Shown here piece by piece: positions 38,532 to 50,335 of a stretch of DNA of 64,000 nt; position 1 is the stretch's first letter; each line of letters opens with the position of its first letter. The notes below the pieces were generated by a model. The model was not told where the DNA came from, did no database searches, and saw nothing but the letters and a program-made list of their open reading frames with translations. The DNA is taken from positions 82,336,001 to 82,400,000 of the forward strand of contig NC_083276.1 of the NCBI RefSeq assembly GCF_963506605.1. Reading direction: 5' to 3'. Made by a program: the position numbers and the translations under genes. The DNA is from Zootoca vivipara. Its lineage: Eukaryota.

Positions 38532-39815
38532 CCGTGTTTCTCATATTTTAAGGCATCCCCCAAAAATAAGCCATGACAGGATTTCAAAGGGTTGGTGAAA
38601 AATAAGACATACCCCGAAAATAAGCACTATCGCAAAGCCCCGACCGAGCGAGAGGCGAAGGCGCGGGACCCAGCAGGAGCTCCCTGCCTGCTTCCCCGAG
38701 CCGTAGCGCATCGGGGGACAGAGCCGAAGATCGGCGGGCGCTCCTTGCTGGGCTTGACAAGCCCGGGAAACAGCGCCCGCCGATCTTCGGCCCTGTGCTG
38801 TATGATGGGCGGGGGTGGGGGGAAGCGGAGATCGTGCTCCGCTCTCCCCCCACCCCCGCCTGTCACCGAAGATCGGCGGGCGCTGTTTGCTGGGCTTGAC
38901 AAGCCCGGCAAACAGCGCCCGCCGATCTTCGGCCCTGTGCTGTGTGACGGGCGGGGGTGGGGGGGAAGCGGAGATCGTTCTCCGCTCTCCCCCCACCCCC
39001 GCCTGTCACCGAAGATCGGCGGGCGCTGTTTGCTGGGCTTGACAAGCCCGGCAAACAGCGCCCGCCGATCTTCGGACCTGTCCTGTGTGACAGGCGGGGG
39101 TGGGGGGGAAGCGGAGATCGTTCTCCGCTCTCCCCCCACCCCCGCCTGTCACCAAAGATTGGCGGGCGCTCCTTGCTGGGCTTGACAAGCCCGGCAAACA
39201 GCGCCCGCCGATCTTCGGCCCTGTGCTGTATGGCGGGCGGGGGTGGAGGGGAAGCGGAGATCGTGCTCCGCTCTCCCCCCACCCCTGCCTGTCACCGAAG
39301 ATCGGCGGGCGCTGTTTGCTGGGCTTGACAAGCCCGGCAAACAGCGCCCGCCGATCTTCGGCCCTGTGCTGTGTGACAGGCGGGGGTGGGGGAGAAGCGG
39401 AGATCGTTCTCCGCTCTCCCCCCACCCCCGCCTGTCACCGAAGATCGGCGGGCGCTGTTTGCTGGGCTTGACAAGCCCGGCAAACAGCGCCCGCCGATCT
39501 TCGGCCCTGTGCTGTGTGACAGGCGGGCGCTCCTTGCTGGGCTTGACAAGCCCGGCAAACAGCGCCCGCCGATCTTCGGACCTGTGCTGTGTGACAGGCG
39601 GGGGTGGGGGGGAAGCGGAGATCGTTCTCCGCTCTCCGCCCACCCCCGCCTGTCACCGAAGATCGGCGGGCGCTGTTTGCTGGGCTTGACAAGCCCGGCA
39701 AACAGCGCCCGCGTGCACTTTATTAAAAAATAAGACATCCCTCGAAAATAAGCCATGCCGTTTTTTTTGAGGAAAAAATTAATATAAGACATGTCTTATA
39801 ATATGAGAAACACGG
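38532..39815. mobile_element. TA-targeting (pogo/Tigger-like) non-autonomous element with hairpin minisatellite core, inside OR-F
   Basis: TIRs CCGTGTTTCTCATATT / AATATGAGAAACACGG, TA TSD, subterminal AAAATAAG repeats, no transposase. Confidence 0.9.
38726..39711. repeat. 143-bp GC-rich tandem array; each unit holds two long palindromes
   Basis: Units start at 38726, 38868, 39011, 39154, 39297 and 39440, then a shortened unit and one at 39658. Confidence 0.93.
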
Positions 39816-41396
39816 TATATGCGGTTGTGATGTCTCATAAGCTTTGCACAGGGCTAGTGGCTGGGGTGTACGCTGCTGGAGTGATTAGCTCAGCCACACA
39901 CACCATTTCCATCTTTCGCCTGCCATTCTGCCGTTCTCGTAAGATCAACCATTTTTTCTGTGATGGGCCTCCACTCCTAACTCTGGCCTGCTCAGACACA
40001 CATTTCAATGAGATGCTGCTTTTTGCAGTTGTTGGCTTCAACATCATAGTCACCACTCTTATCATTCTAGCATCGTACTTGTCTGTCCTCACCACTATCC
40101 TGAGGATCCAGACAACGGGAGGGAGGCACAAAGCCTTCTCCACCTGTGCCTCCCATTTGGCCTCTGTTACTTTGTACTATGGGAGTTCCCTCTTCATGTA
40201 TTCACGGCCCAGCTCAAGCTATTCCCTGGATCAGGACAAGGTGGTTTCTGTTCTATACTCAGTTACAATCCCCATGTTGAACCCTCTCATCTACAGCATG
40301 AGGAACAAGGAGGTGAAAGATGCCCTCAGAAAAGTGAGAGGCAGATTCCTTTCTTGGTGACTAAAACTGCACAGTAAGTTAGAGGGGCGGTCATACATTT
40401 TTTCTGATGCAAGAGCCAGGCAGTGTGGCTAACCAAATGTCTGGTGGTCTCAGGGCAGAGGTGGGGAAGCTGTGAGCCTCCAAATGTTGCTGGACTCCAG
40501 CTCCCATTGTCTTTGACCATGAACCATATTGGCTAGGGCTAATGGGAGTTGGAGTCCAGCAACATCTATAGAGCCTCAGGTGGTCCACAAGTGGGGAATG
40601 CCCACAGGAGATCTGCCATCATGTAATATGCTGGGAATGCTGCTCTCTTTAAGAAATACGTTCCTGCCCTGTTCTTGACTTGGTACAGGAATCTCTGCAA
40701 TTTTTGTTGGCTTGCATTGTACAGAACCATCTATTCCAATTGCATGATATGCAATACATTGGTGTTTTATACTTTTTGATAAAGTTAGATGTCTCCTCTG
40801 TGCAAAGAGGAAGCAGAAGGGGGGAAATCCACATTTGAGTAGACATTTGCACCACATGCCCAACTCTGCTCTGTTTCTTTTGAGAGTCTGCTGCTGATGT
40901 CACAAACTGAAAGGACACATATGAGCTGTGTAAGGCCTTTGGTATGATGGGGAGAGCAGTCTGCTTCTTTTTCTGATAGTGTGTTTCACATACTGGTAAG
41001 TGAGTTTGACCTTTACTGCCTTTTCTACAATTAAGGTTCCCAGAGTAATTGCACTGGAATGCTTTTACTGTAGTCCTGTACAATTTACTTCAACAGATTA
41101 AAATAGATTAAATCACACCAGTCAGGCTTCACAGTGCTATGTGAAGCAGGCAATTAATGAGCTGTTGCTCCTTCCCATCTTTAGGCTATTGTGTAGTTAA
41201 TGATAACCTCTGCCTTTCAGGATGAGCAACAAAGTTGTAAGGAGCCCACCTTCAGTATTAAGTCTCATACTCAGGTTAACCTTAAGGACAAACGCCAGTA
41301 TAACAAAAGAAAATTGCATATACAGAGCATGTTATATAAATGAAGGACATGTTCGATGCACTTTTAATGTGTTGCTTTGCTGTAATCAGAAGGTTT

Positions 41397-41716
41397 TTTG
41401 CCAATCAGAAGGTTGGGGGTTCAAATTCCCACGACGGGGTGAGCTCCCGTTGTTCGGTCCCAGCTCCTGCCAACCTAGCAGTTCAAAAGCATGCCAAAAG
41501 TGCAAGTAGATATATAGGTACTGCTCTGGCGGGAACGTAAACGGTGTTTCCGTGTGCTGCTCTGGTTTGCCAGAAGCACCTTAGTCATGCTGGCCACATG
41601 ACCCGGAAGCTGTCTGCGGACAAACACCAGCTCCCTCGGCCAGTAAAGCGAGATGAGCTCCACAACCCCAGAGTCGTTTGCGACTGGACCTAATGGTCAG
41701 GGGTACCTTTACCTTT
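41397..41716 (+). mobile_element. Sauria-type SINE, 5'-truncated
   Basis: Matches the body and tail of 26187-26544. Confidence 0.88.
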
Positions 41717-43178
41717 ATACAAAATCCCAGTAAGGTAAATTGGTATTATTAACCCACATTGTGGACTGAGGGAGAGCAGCTTGCATAAGTCTACCTAGTC
41801 AGCTGAAAATCAGACCTTCCATGGCTTTGTTTACAGCAGTAAGTCCTGACAGTCACCTAGTTGTCCTGACACTGTGTGATTGACACATGGACACCACCTT
41901 CCTGTCAAGCTTGGCCCATGGGGGATGGGGAAGATGAGAATGAAGCCCACTGGGCAGCTCCAGTTCCTCACCCCAGACCTAGTGAGATGATGGTAGAAAT
42001 GTATTCCTGAAGGGGAGTTCCTGATTTCTAACCCAGTCACTCAGCCACTATGCTATGTCAGCATTCAGTAAGCTAATTTATCAATTTATGAAGCTTTGGG
42101 TAGTACTTTTAGGTAAATAGGTCCACTAGCTGAGGATGAATTCTTTCTTCTGCCTCTCAGTTAGATTGCACCATATATTTCATTCAAGTGCTCAAGCCTT
42201 GTTATGAAAAGTACTTAAGCATGTTCTTCATTTAAACATATCAGTAATCTAACAGAAGTATCCATGCTTCCGATCATATTATGTATAATTTTAGAGATCA
42301 TATGAATTGTTTTTATTTTTGGAGAAGACTCTGGACTGTTCCCCTCAAGACAATGAGCATAATATGGTTCTGAGAAAAAACGTTTCATGTAATTAAAGTT
42401 CTTCCTGGAATATATGTTCCCCCAAAATGGTGCTGGGGAGCTGTGGCTTTAAACTGTGTCCTTTGACAGGGAAGCACTGAAGGTTTCCATCCCGTCTCAC
42501 ATCTAATGTGGGGAAGCTGCTGAGCTCAGTTATCTGTATGGAGCCTACTAACCCTGAAAGTGATACCATCCCTGGTCCTGGCACTTATCCTGATATAATG
42601 TTGAATGATTGATCCCTGCCTTGGAAATATGGTCTGTGTTGCTTGTAAACCTGATCAATAAAGTTGTGGCTATTGATAAGGAGTTGCCTCATGGTCTATC
42701 TTCTAGCTGGTTCAGTAATATGGAAATGACAACTTCTGCATCTCTGGGTCTTTCTTACTCCTCTGAGATCAAGTCCCTCAAATTAGTAAACAGTATATCT
42801 TTCCAATTAGTATAACAGTGTTTGTTCCCATATGAATACATGCAAAAGGAATTTAAAGCCAAAAGGAATTTAAGGCACAGTGGAAGAAAGATATAGCTCT
42901 TTTGCCAACCTCAGCTGACTGGCCATCTGTCCTCAGTGAGATCAGCAGCACACTCTATAGTTGCTGTGATAATTTTACTTTCTTGAGGACTTATTTACAT
43001 TACGATAAAATCAACAAACAGCAGACAGTGAGGCGCTTCCACTGTCAAGGAACTTTCATCACAGTCATTAAGGTAGGTAGGTAGCACATGATCACAACAG
43101 ATCAGTTGAGTTGTCTCCTTACTGCCCTTGGGGATAGAAATGGTGGCTGACTGTATTTGTGGGGGGTCTGTATGTATA

Positions 43179-43828
43179 TTGTGTTGCGCTGAAAATAAGA
43201 CACCGTCTTATATTTATTTTTCCTCCAAAAGCACACTATGGCTTATTTTCAGGGGGTGTCTTATTAAACACAAAGGAAATTCAAATGCAATGCCAAGTGT
43301 TTTTTTTGGGGTGGGGTGGGGTAATTTAGTCCCAATCCCAATCGTTTAACCTACAAGGATAGGATCCCCCTGGAGCCTGGTGAACAGCCTAGCAAGTCCC
43401 CTGTCCAAAGTGTTGTGTCAAAGTGGTGAAAGAATATAAAATACAGAAATTAAAAACCGTTTAGCCATTGGGGGGGGGAGATACCCACTTCACTACTGGT
43501 ACTGATAATAGGTGAAGAAACCAGCTGCTGCTGTTGGTCCTGCTGGCTCGGGGCTCCGCATGGCGTGGTGCTGCTGTTGCTGTTGCTGCTGCTTCTGGGT
43601 CCCGCTGGCTCGCCGTGGAGCTGCTGGGCACTTTGTCGGCGCTGCAGCAGCAGCCAGTTCCAGGCTCCGAGCCGGCAGACCTCCTCCTCTTCCTCCTGCT
43701 GCAGCCGGCGTTGCTGCTGCACCTATCACTATGTCTTATTTTCGGGGTATGGCTTATTATTCCTTGCATGCTTAAAAATCCTGCTATGGCTTATTTTATG
43801 GCTACGTCTAATTTTCGGAGAAACGGGG
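43179..43828. mobile_element. Older TA-flanked element related to 38532-39815, with CTG/CAG-rich core
   Basis: Degenerate TIRs (TTGTGTTGCGCTGAAAATAAGAC / ATTTTCGGAGAAACGGGG), CTTATTTTC repeats, TA flanks. Confidence 0.65.
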
Positions 43829-43883
43829 TATATGTAAATGAAAGGATGTGTACATGAGAGAATGGTGTTTGTGTGTGTGTTTA

Positions 43884-44232
43884 AAGGTAAAGGGACCCCT
43901 GACCATTAGGTCCAGTCGTGACCGACTCTGGGGTTGCGCGCTCATCTCGCATTATTGGCCGAGGGAGCCGGCGTATAGCTTCCAGGTCATGTGGCCAGCA
44001 TGACAAAGCCGCTTCTGGCAAACCAGAGCAGCACATGGAAACGCCGTTTACCTTCCCGCTGTAGCGGTTCCTATTTATCTACTTACATTTTGACATGCTT
44101 TCGAACTGCTAGGTTGGCAGGAGCTGGGACCAAGCAACGGGAGCTCACCCCGTCACAGGGATTCGAACCGCTGACCTTCTGATCAGCAAGCCCTAGGCTC
44201 AGTGGTTTAACCACAGCGCCACCTGGGTCCCT
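43884..44232 (-). mobile_element. Sauria-type SINE, full length
   Basis: Reverse complement of the 26187 element; flanked by tgtgtgtgtgttta repeats. Confidence 0.9.
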
Positions 44233-44461
44233 TGTGTGTGTGTTTAGGGGGAGATGAATACTTGTGAATGGGGTATCAGAGACATAAAAGGAGCAGGCCC
44301 TGACCTCTCCCATGGCACCTTCCCCTCAAACTTGCTGGATCTTAACTCAGCGGGACTGGCAGAATTTCATGCCTGCTTAGGACATCCTGAACCAGCGTGA
44401 GAATCATAGTATAAAACACTAAAATATATAGCTGTGTAATTCTTAAAACATTGACTTAAAT

Positions 44462-44597
44462 CAGGCATCCCCAAATTGCGGCCCTCCAGATGTTTTGGCC
44501 TACAACTCCCATGATCCCTAGCTAACAGGACCACTGTTCAGGGATGATGGGAATTGTAGACCAAAACATCTGGAGGGCTGAAGATTGGGGATGCCTG
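44462..44597. mobile_element. Palindromic hAT MITE (URR1-like)
   Basis: CAGGCATCCCCAA ... TTGGGGATGCCTG; perfect TSD acttaaat. Degenerate relatives lie near 950-1020, 3370-3455, 8830-8962, 33455-33550 and 40452-40580. Confidence 0.85.
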
Positions 44598-44900
44598 ACT
44601 TAAATCCATACCACAATCTGATGCCTGTTTACCCTGAAGTAACACCTACTGAGTGCATTGGGGCTTACTTCAAAGAAATAAGGCATAGGATTGCAGCTTC
44701 AAAGCATTTTAAAAAGAGAATAGTTGCATATTAAATGATCTAATATGAAAATGATTTTTAAAAAGATGCATATCCACAAAGCTAGATATTAGTGCAAATG
44801 AAGAAAAAAAGTTTTCCCCTAAAATTTATTTGGAATTTATTTAGCTAATGAACTATGGGAAGTAACATTTGTTAAATTATATAACTATTCTTTGTAATAT

Positions 44901-44996
44901 AAACTGCGGGAGGCAGTGGAAGACAGGACTGCCTGGCGTGCTCTGGTCCATGGGGGTCACAAAGAGTCGGACACGACTAAACGACTAAACAACAAC
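44901..44996 (+). mobile_element. BovB 3' tail insertion
   Basis: BovB terminus with perfect 14-bp TSD attctttgtaatat. Confidence 0.9.
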
Positions 44997-45388
44997 ATTC
45001 TTTGTAATATCCCTAGGCATTATGATAATGTGTTTTTTTATATATTTACAGATTGAGGATAAAGAAGAAATTCATGCTCTACAAACTGCGGCACACAAGC
45101 AGTCTGTACGAATTGGTAATCACAGAAACACATTACTACGTACAGTGATACATTCTGACATTTTGGGTTATGACTTCTGAAGGTATATCAGTGCACTCTA
45201 TCTCTAACTGCCTCTGTCCCCTTAGTATCTTGTAAGGGGGTGGAGAAGTCAAATGACCTCTTCACAGAGCAAGATGTCAAAAGAGGCAGCACACTACTCT
45301 GCAGACTTCACTTCCTTCCCCAACTGAAATCATATGAAGATTGCTGTTCATTCAAAATAAAGATAGCAGGAATAAATCAGCTACAAAA

Positions 45389-46333
45389 ATGTCTACTGAA
45401 AATACCAGTGTTGTGTCTGAATTTATCTTTGTGGGATTTGCAGATGTACCAGAACTGAAGATTCCCATCTTCACAGTGTTGCTGCTGATCTATGGTATCA
45501 CTGTGGTGGGCAACCTAGGGATGATTTTGCTGATCAGAATGGACTCTCGGCTTCACACCCCCATGTACTTTTTCCTCAGTAATCTGGCTTTCTTAGATTT
45601 TTGCTATTCCTCCAACATCACACCCAAAGCCTTAAGAACTTTGCTATCAGAGAGGAGAACTATTTCTTTCCTGGGTTGCCTCATCCAAGTGTATTTCTTT
45701 GTTGCTCTGGTAAGTACAGAATGCATGCTTTTTGGGCTGATGGCTTATGACCGCTACGTGGCCATCTGCAACCCTTTGTTGTACACATCAATCATGTCAC
45801 ACACCCGATGCGTCAAGATGGCTGGCGGAGCCTTCACAGCCGGCTTCTTGAACTCAATCATTCATACCACTTTGGTAGGTACTTTGTCTTTTTGCCAGTC
45901 TAATGAAATCAACCATTTCTTCTGTGATATCCCCCCACTACTCAAGCTCTCATGTTCTGATACATCCATAGCTGAAGCACTAGTCTCCATTTGCGCTGGA
46001 ATCAATATGTTATGCTCTCTCTTGATGATCCTGAGTTCTTACCTGTACATCCTTTTCACGGTGCTCCAGATGAAGTCAGCCAAGGGCCGCAAGAAAGCCT
46101 TTTCCACCTGCATCTCCCACCTGATTGCTGTGATCATATTCTATGGAACTACTGCATATGTTTACTTACAACCTAGTTCCAACTATTCAGAGGATCAGAA
46201 TAAAGTTGTGTCAATGTTCTATTCCTTTGTCATCCCAATGCTCAACCCCTTAATTTACAGTCTGAGGAACAAGGAGGTGAAGGAGGCATTGAAGAGAGTG
46301 ATGGAGAAGAATGCATTTTCACATTTACTATGA
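45389..46333 (+). CDS. Olfactory receptor, class II (OR-G), triplet copy 1
   Basis: MSTENTS start; all OR motifs present. Confidence 0.96.
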   Translation: MSTENTSVVSEFIFVGFADVPELKIPIFTVLLLIYGITVVGNLGMILLIRMDSRLHTPMYFFLSNLAFLDFCYSSNITPKALRTLLSERRTISFLGCLIQVYFFVALVSTECMLFGLMAYDRYVAICNPLLYTSIMSHTRCVKMAGGAFTAGFLNSIIHTTLVGTLSFCQSNEINHFFCDIPPLLKLSCSDTSIAEALVSICAGINMLCSLLMILSSYLYILFTVLQMKSAKGRKKAFSTCISHLIAVIIFYGTTAYVYLQPSSNYSEDQNKVVSMFYSFVIPMLNPLIYSLRNKEVKEALKRVMEKNAFSHLL

Positions 46334-49300
46334 AATATTATATCTACAGACTGTCAAATTAATTAGATTGCACCCTAGATTTTATTCAAGTACTGTAGCC
46401 TTGTTATGTAAAGTACTTAAGCATGTTCTTCATTTCAACATATCTGTAATCCAACAGAACTGTCGAGGTGCTTTGCCATATTTTTGAACATTTTAGAGAA
46501 CATATGGATCCCCATTGTATTTGGAGTTGAGAGTCAAGTATTCACCCTGATACAATGAGCATTGAGCTAGTAGAAAACACTCCCAAAAAGAGGCCCTCAA
46601 AATTTGCAGGAAAGTAGCAATGCAAAAATGGTGGTAGAGCTGAATGCATGTGTTCCCAAATTAGCCTAAAATGGGTGGGAAACCTGGGGTCCTCCAGATT
46701 CCTTTGGACTCTGATTTCCTTCATCCACACACAGCATAAATCCTTCTGGACCATAAGGGGAAGGAAGAAAAAACATTGTTCTGTGTGGTTCAGCTACTTC
46801 CTGAAATACAAGGTGGTGCTGGGTACTGTCTCCCTAAAATGTGACCTTTGACAGGTAGGCACTGAATGGTTGTATCCTGTCGCCCATGCTTTTGACATCC
46901 ACCTGAAGACGTCACCTGTAGTTTGGTGGTGGAATGTCATCACAATGCTGATGACACCCAGCTCTTATTTATTGCTTCCACAATTCACTCCTGGGGAGGC
47001 ACTGCAAATTCTAAACTATTTCTACTTTTGGAATAAAATCAATTGAAATGTAATCAAGGTAGGACAGAAGCAATCTTGGTTGGCCATTTTAATGATCTTG
47101 GAGGAAGTACACAGACTTTTCACAACTGGGTATGCAGAAGTGCCCTTATATTCAGAAAGATAGAATATACATTTCTGAAAGAATCTGAAGAACTAGGGTG
47201 GTTGGTTTCATACCTCACGTGGTAGTACAAGCATTTATCTGCAGGGCTAGAGGGATATGGACGGAGTTTATACTACTGTATGTGAAGAAACAGCTGAGCT
47301 CAGTTTATCCTTGCCTTGGAAATGTGGTCTGTGTTGCTTGCAAGCTCAATCAATAAAGATTTGTCAGTTAATGGTCTACCTGTTAGCTGGTCCAATAAAA
47401 TGGAAATGACAACTTCTGAGTCTCTGGATCTTTCTTATTCCTTGGAGATTAAGTTCCTTGAGAAAAAAAATGTATGCTCCAATTAGTATAAAAGTGTTTG
47501 TTCCCATATGAATACTTGCAAAAGGAATTTAAGACATAGTGGCAGAAAGGTATAGTTCTTTTGCTAACCTCAGCAGATGGGGTAGACCTGACCCTGAATG
47601 AATTCAGTCACACACACTTTGCTTACTAGGACAATAACTTTATTGAGGACTTAAATGTAGATTGTTGCTGAATCAGTGAGTCACAGAAAGAAAACACTTC
47701 TGAAGGTTGGTGGTGGGGCACTTCCACTGTCAAGTGACTTTCTTCGTAGTCATACAGGTAGGTAGTTTCTGATCCCATCAAGTTACAGGTGTTCTCTTAT
47801 TATAGCCCTTTTACAGTGCTTCTGACTGGGGATATGAATGGTGGCTTTGTGTGTATGTGTGTGTCTATACTTTCTCTGTGTGTGGCACACACACGCATAT
47901 ATATGGAAGAGTGTGCGCATGAGAGAACGGGTTGTGTGTTTTTAGGGATGGATGAGTACTGCTTGATATGTGAATGTGGTATTTGAGTAGTTAGAATGTG
48001 AGATGTGGGGGGAGGGGGAGGAGAGTGAATAGTGTATATATGTGAAATGGGAGCCCTACAGTGAAGGTATCGGATGGAATCATCCTCCCAAGAATTGTTA
48101 ATACTCTTCCATGTCACCCCAATCTCCAAGTGGTGGGAGATTTTAGGGGTTCCAGCACTTTTTCAGGGTATGTTTTCTTGGAATGAAGCTGAGCGAAGAC
48201 TGTGGTGCATTTAAGATATCTAGTTTCATTTAGACACACACAACCTGTGCATAAGATGGAGTGGCTCACATAATAAACACCCCAACAGATCTTGTTTCTC
48301 TATTAGTCCGAGCTTTGGATATAGCACACTTCAAGCATGTCTCTGTTTCTCCAGCTTCCAGCCTGCTTCCAGCTCAGTTCACACCCATCCACCAGGCTAT
48401 TGTTTTCCTATCTAGCAGCTAGACGTGTGCAAGCGGATGAAAGGCCCACTTATTAGTCTGGAAGGCACCACCACCTATTGGTAGCTCATTCTTTTTGAAT
48501 ACCAAAGAGAACATTTAAGGGGTCAGCTAAAGTTATTGAAATGCAAAGAAACTTCTCTGACTAGTTCAGCTATCTCCTCTGTTAGATTTCAACCCTCGCT
48601 GGGTACAGGACCCCAATAACTGGAAGGGGCTAAGGGCATTATCCAGATAGGACCTCCAAAATCCACAATGTCGCTGATAACTGCAGTCCCTCAGCAATTG
48701 ACACATACTTGTGTCATGCACAGACTCATTATCTTATTCAGACCTGCCCCCTATCTCTCTATTTAACATTAGGGACGCAGGTAAAGGCCAATCACAAAAC
48801 CCTCATCCCCCATAGTAACCGTTGTTCATCCATGAGTGGTGGACGTATTGCCCATCATTCATGGATCTACAACTACTTTCCTCAAGGCCATATCATTCAG
48901 AGAGTTAGGGAAATGAATCATCTTATAGTGTAGTAGCACAGCACTCATGAAAAAAATGTTTAACTAATTACATATAATTTGCTGAGGGGTTTTCCCTCAA
49001 ACCCACAACCAATGCTGAGAATCTCCATTTCTAATCAGCCAATGAACAGAGAATTTCTGCATCTGTGCCCGTGTACAGTGGAGCTCTGTGACATAGGGTT
49101 GCCATTTTTCAAACAGTGAAAATCCAGACAGAAAAAGCTTGTTTTATTTTGTATTTGCAGATTGAGAAGAAAAGAAAAATCATGTTCTATAACCTAAGGC
49201 ACACAAGCAATCTGTAGATATTGACAACCCAAGAAATGCCCAAAATAGTACAGCCAGACTATTTTGGTTATGACTACTGAAGGTATATCAGCACTCTTCC

Positions 49301-49390
49301 CAGCTGAATCCATTCTCTCCTCCAACTGAAATCACATGAAGATCCATGTTCATTCAAAATAAAAATAGCAGGAATAAATCAGCTACAAAA

Positions 49391-50335
49391 ATGTCTACAG
49401 AAAATACCAGTGTTGTATCAGAATTTATCTTTGTGGGAATTGTAGATGTACCAGAACTGAAGATTCCCATCTTCACATTGTTGCTGCTGATTTATGTTAT
49501 CACTGTGGTGGGCAACCTAGGGATGATTTTGCTGATCAGAATGGACTCTCAGCTTCACACCCCCATGTACTTTTTCCTCAGTAATCTGGCTTTCTTAGAT
49601 TTTTGCTATTCCTCCAACATCACCCCCAAAGCCTTAAGAAATTTCCTGTCAGAGAGGAGAACCATTTCTTTCCTGGGATGCTTCATCCAACTGTATTTCT
49701 TTGTTGCTCTGGCAAGTACAGAGTTCATGCTTTTTGGGCTGATGGCTTATGACCGCTATGTGGCCATCTGCAACCCTTTGTTGTACACATCAATCATGTC
49801 ACACACCCGATGCGTCAAGATGGCTGGCGGAGCCTTCACAGCCGGCTTCTTGAACTCAATCATTCATACCACTTTGGTAGGTACTTTGTCTTTTTGCCAG
49901 TCTAATGAAATCAACCATTTCTTCTGTGAAATCCCCCCACTACTCAAGCTCTCATGTTCTGATACATCCATAGCTGAAGCACTAGTTTTCATTTGTGCTG
50001 GAATCAATATGTTAGGCTCTCTCTTGATAATCCTGAGTTCTTACCTGTATATCCTTTTCACGGTGCTCCAGATGAAGTCAGCCAAGGGCCGCAAGAAAGC
50101 CCTTTCCACCTGCATCTCCCACCTGATTGCTGTGATCATATTCTATGGAACTACTATATATGTTTACTTACAACCTAGTTCCAACTATTCAGAGGATCAG
50201 AATAAAGTTGTGTCAATGTTCTATTCCTTTGTCATCCCAATGCTCAACCCCTTAATTTACAGTCTGAGGAACAAGGAGGTGAAGGAGGCAATGAAGAGAG
50301 TGTTGGAGAAGAATGCATTTTCACATTTACTATAA
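49391..50335 (+). CDS. Olfactory receptor, class II (OR-H), triplet copy 2
   Basis: Near-identical to OR-G/OR-I; KALSTC in place of KAFSTC; an upstream in-frame ATG lies at 49346. Confidence 0.95.
   Translation: MSTENTSVVSEFIFVGIVDVPELKIPIFTLLLLIYVITVVGNLGMILLIRMDSQLHTPMYFFLSNLAFLDFCYSSNITPKALRNFLSERRTISFLGCFIQLYFFVALASTEFMLFGLMAYDRYVAICNPLLYTSIMSHTRCVKMAGGAFTAGFLNSIIHTTLVGTLSFCQSNEINHFFCEIPPLLKLSCSDTSIAEALVFICAGINMLGSLLIILSSYLYILFTVLQMKSAKGRKKALSTCISHLIAVIIFYGTTIYVYLQPSSNYSEDQNKVVSMFYSFVIPMLNPLIYSLRNKEVKEAMKRVLEKNAFSHLL

Larger units (their letters stand above)
38139..40360 (+). pseudogene. Olfactory receptor (OR-F) disrupted by MITE insertion; otherwise intact 311-aa frame
   Basis: 5' half 38139-38531 ends [14 protein letters not shown]; 3' half 39818-40360 starts YAVVMSH and ends [13 protein letters not shown]...W*. 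The halves join in frame once 38532-39817 is removed. Confidence 0.93.

Noticed and set aside
38726-39711. CRISPR-like array of palindromic repeats
   Set aside because: The sequences between repeats are themselves repeated (no unique spacers), there are no cas genes, the context is eukaryotic, and it sits inside MITE TIRs.
38541-39792. Many overlapping ORFs on both strands
   Set aside because: Artefact of a GC-rich palindromic tandem repeat.
43450-43857. PolyQ/polyA/polyC ORFs
   Set aside because: CTG/CAG low-complexity core of a TA-flanked element.
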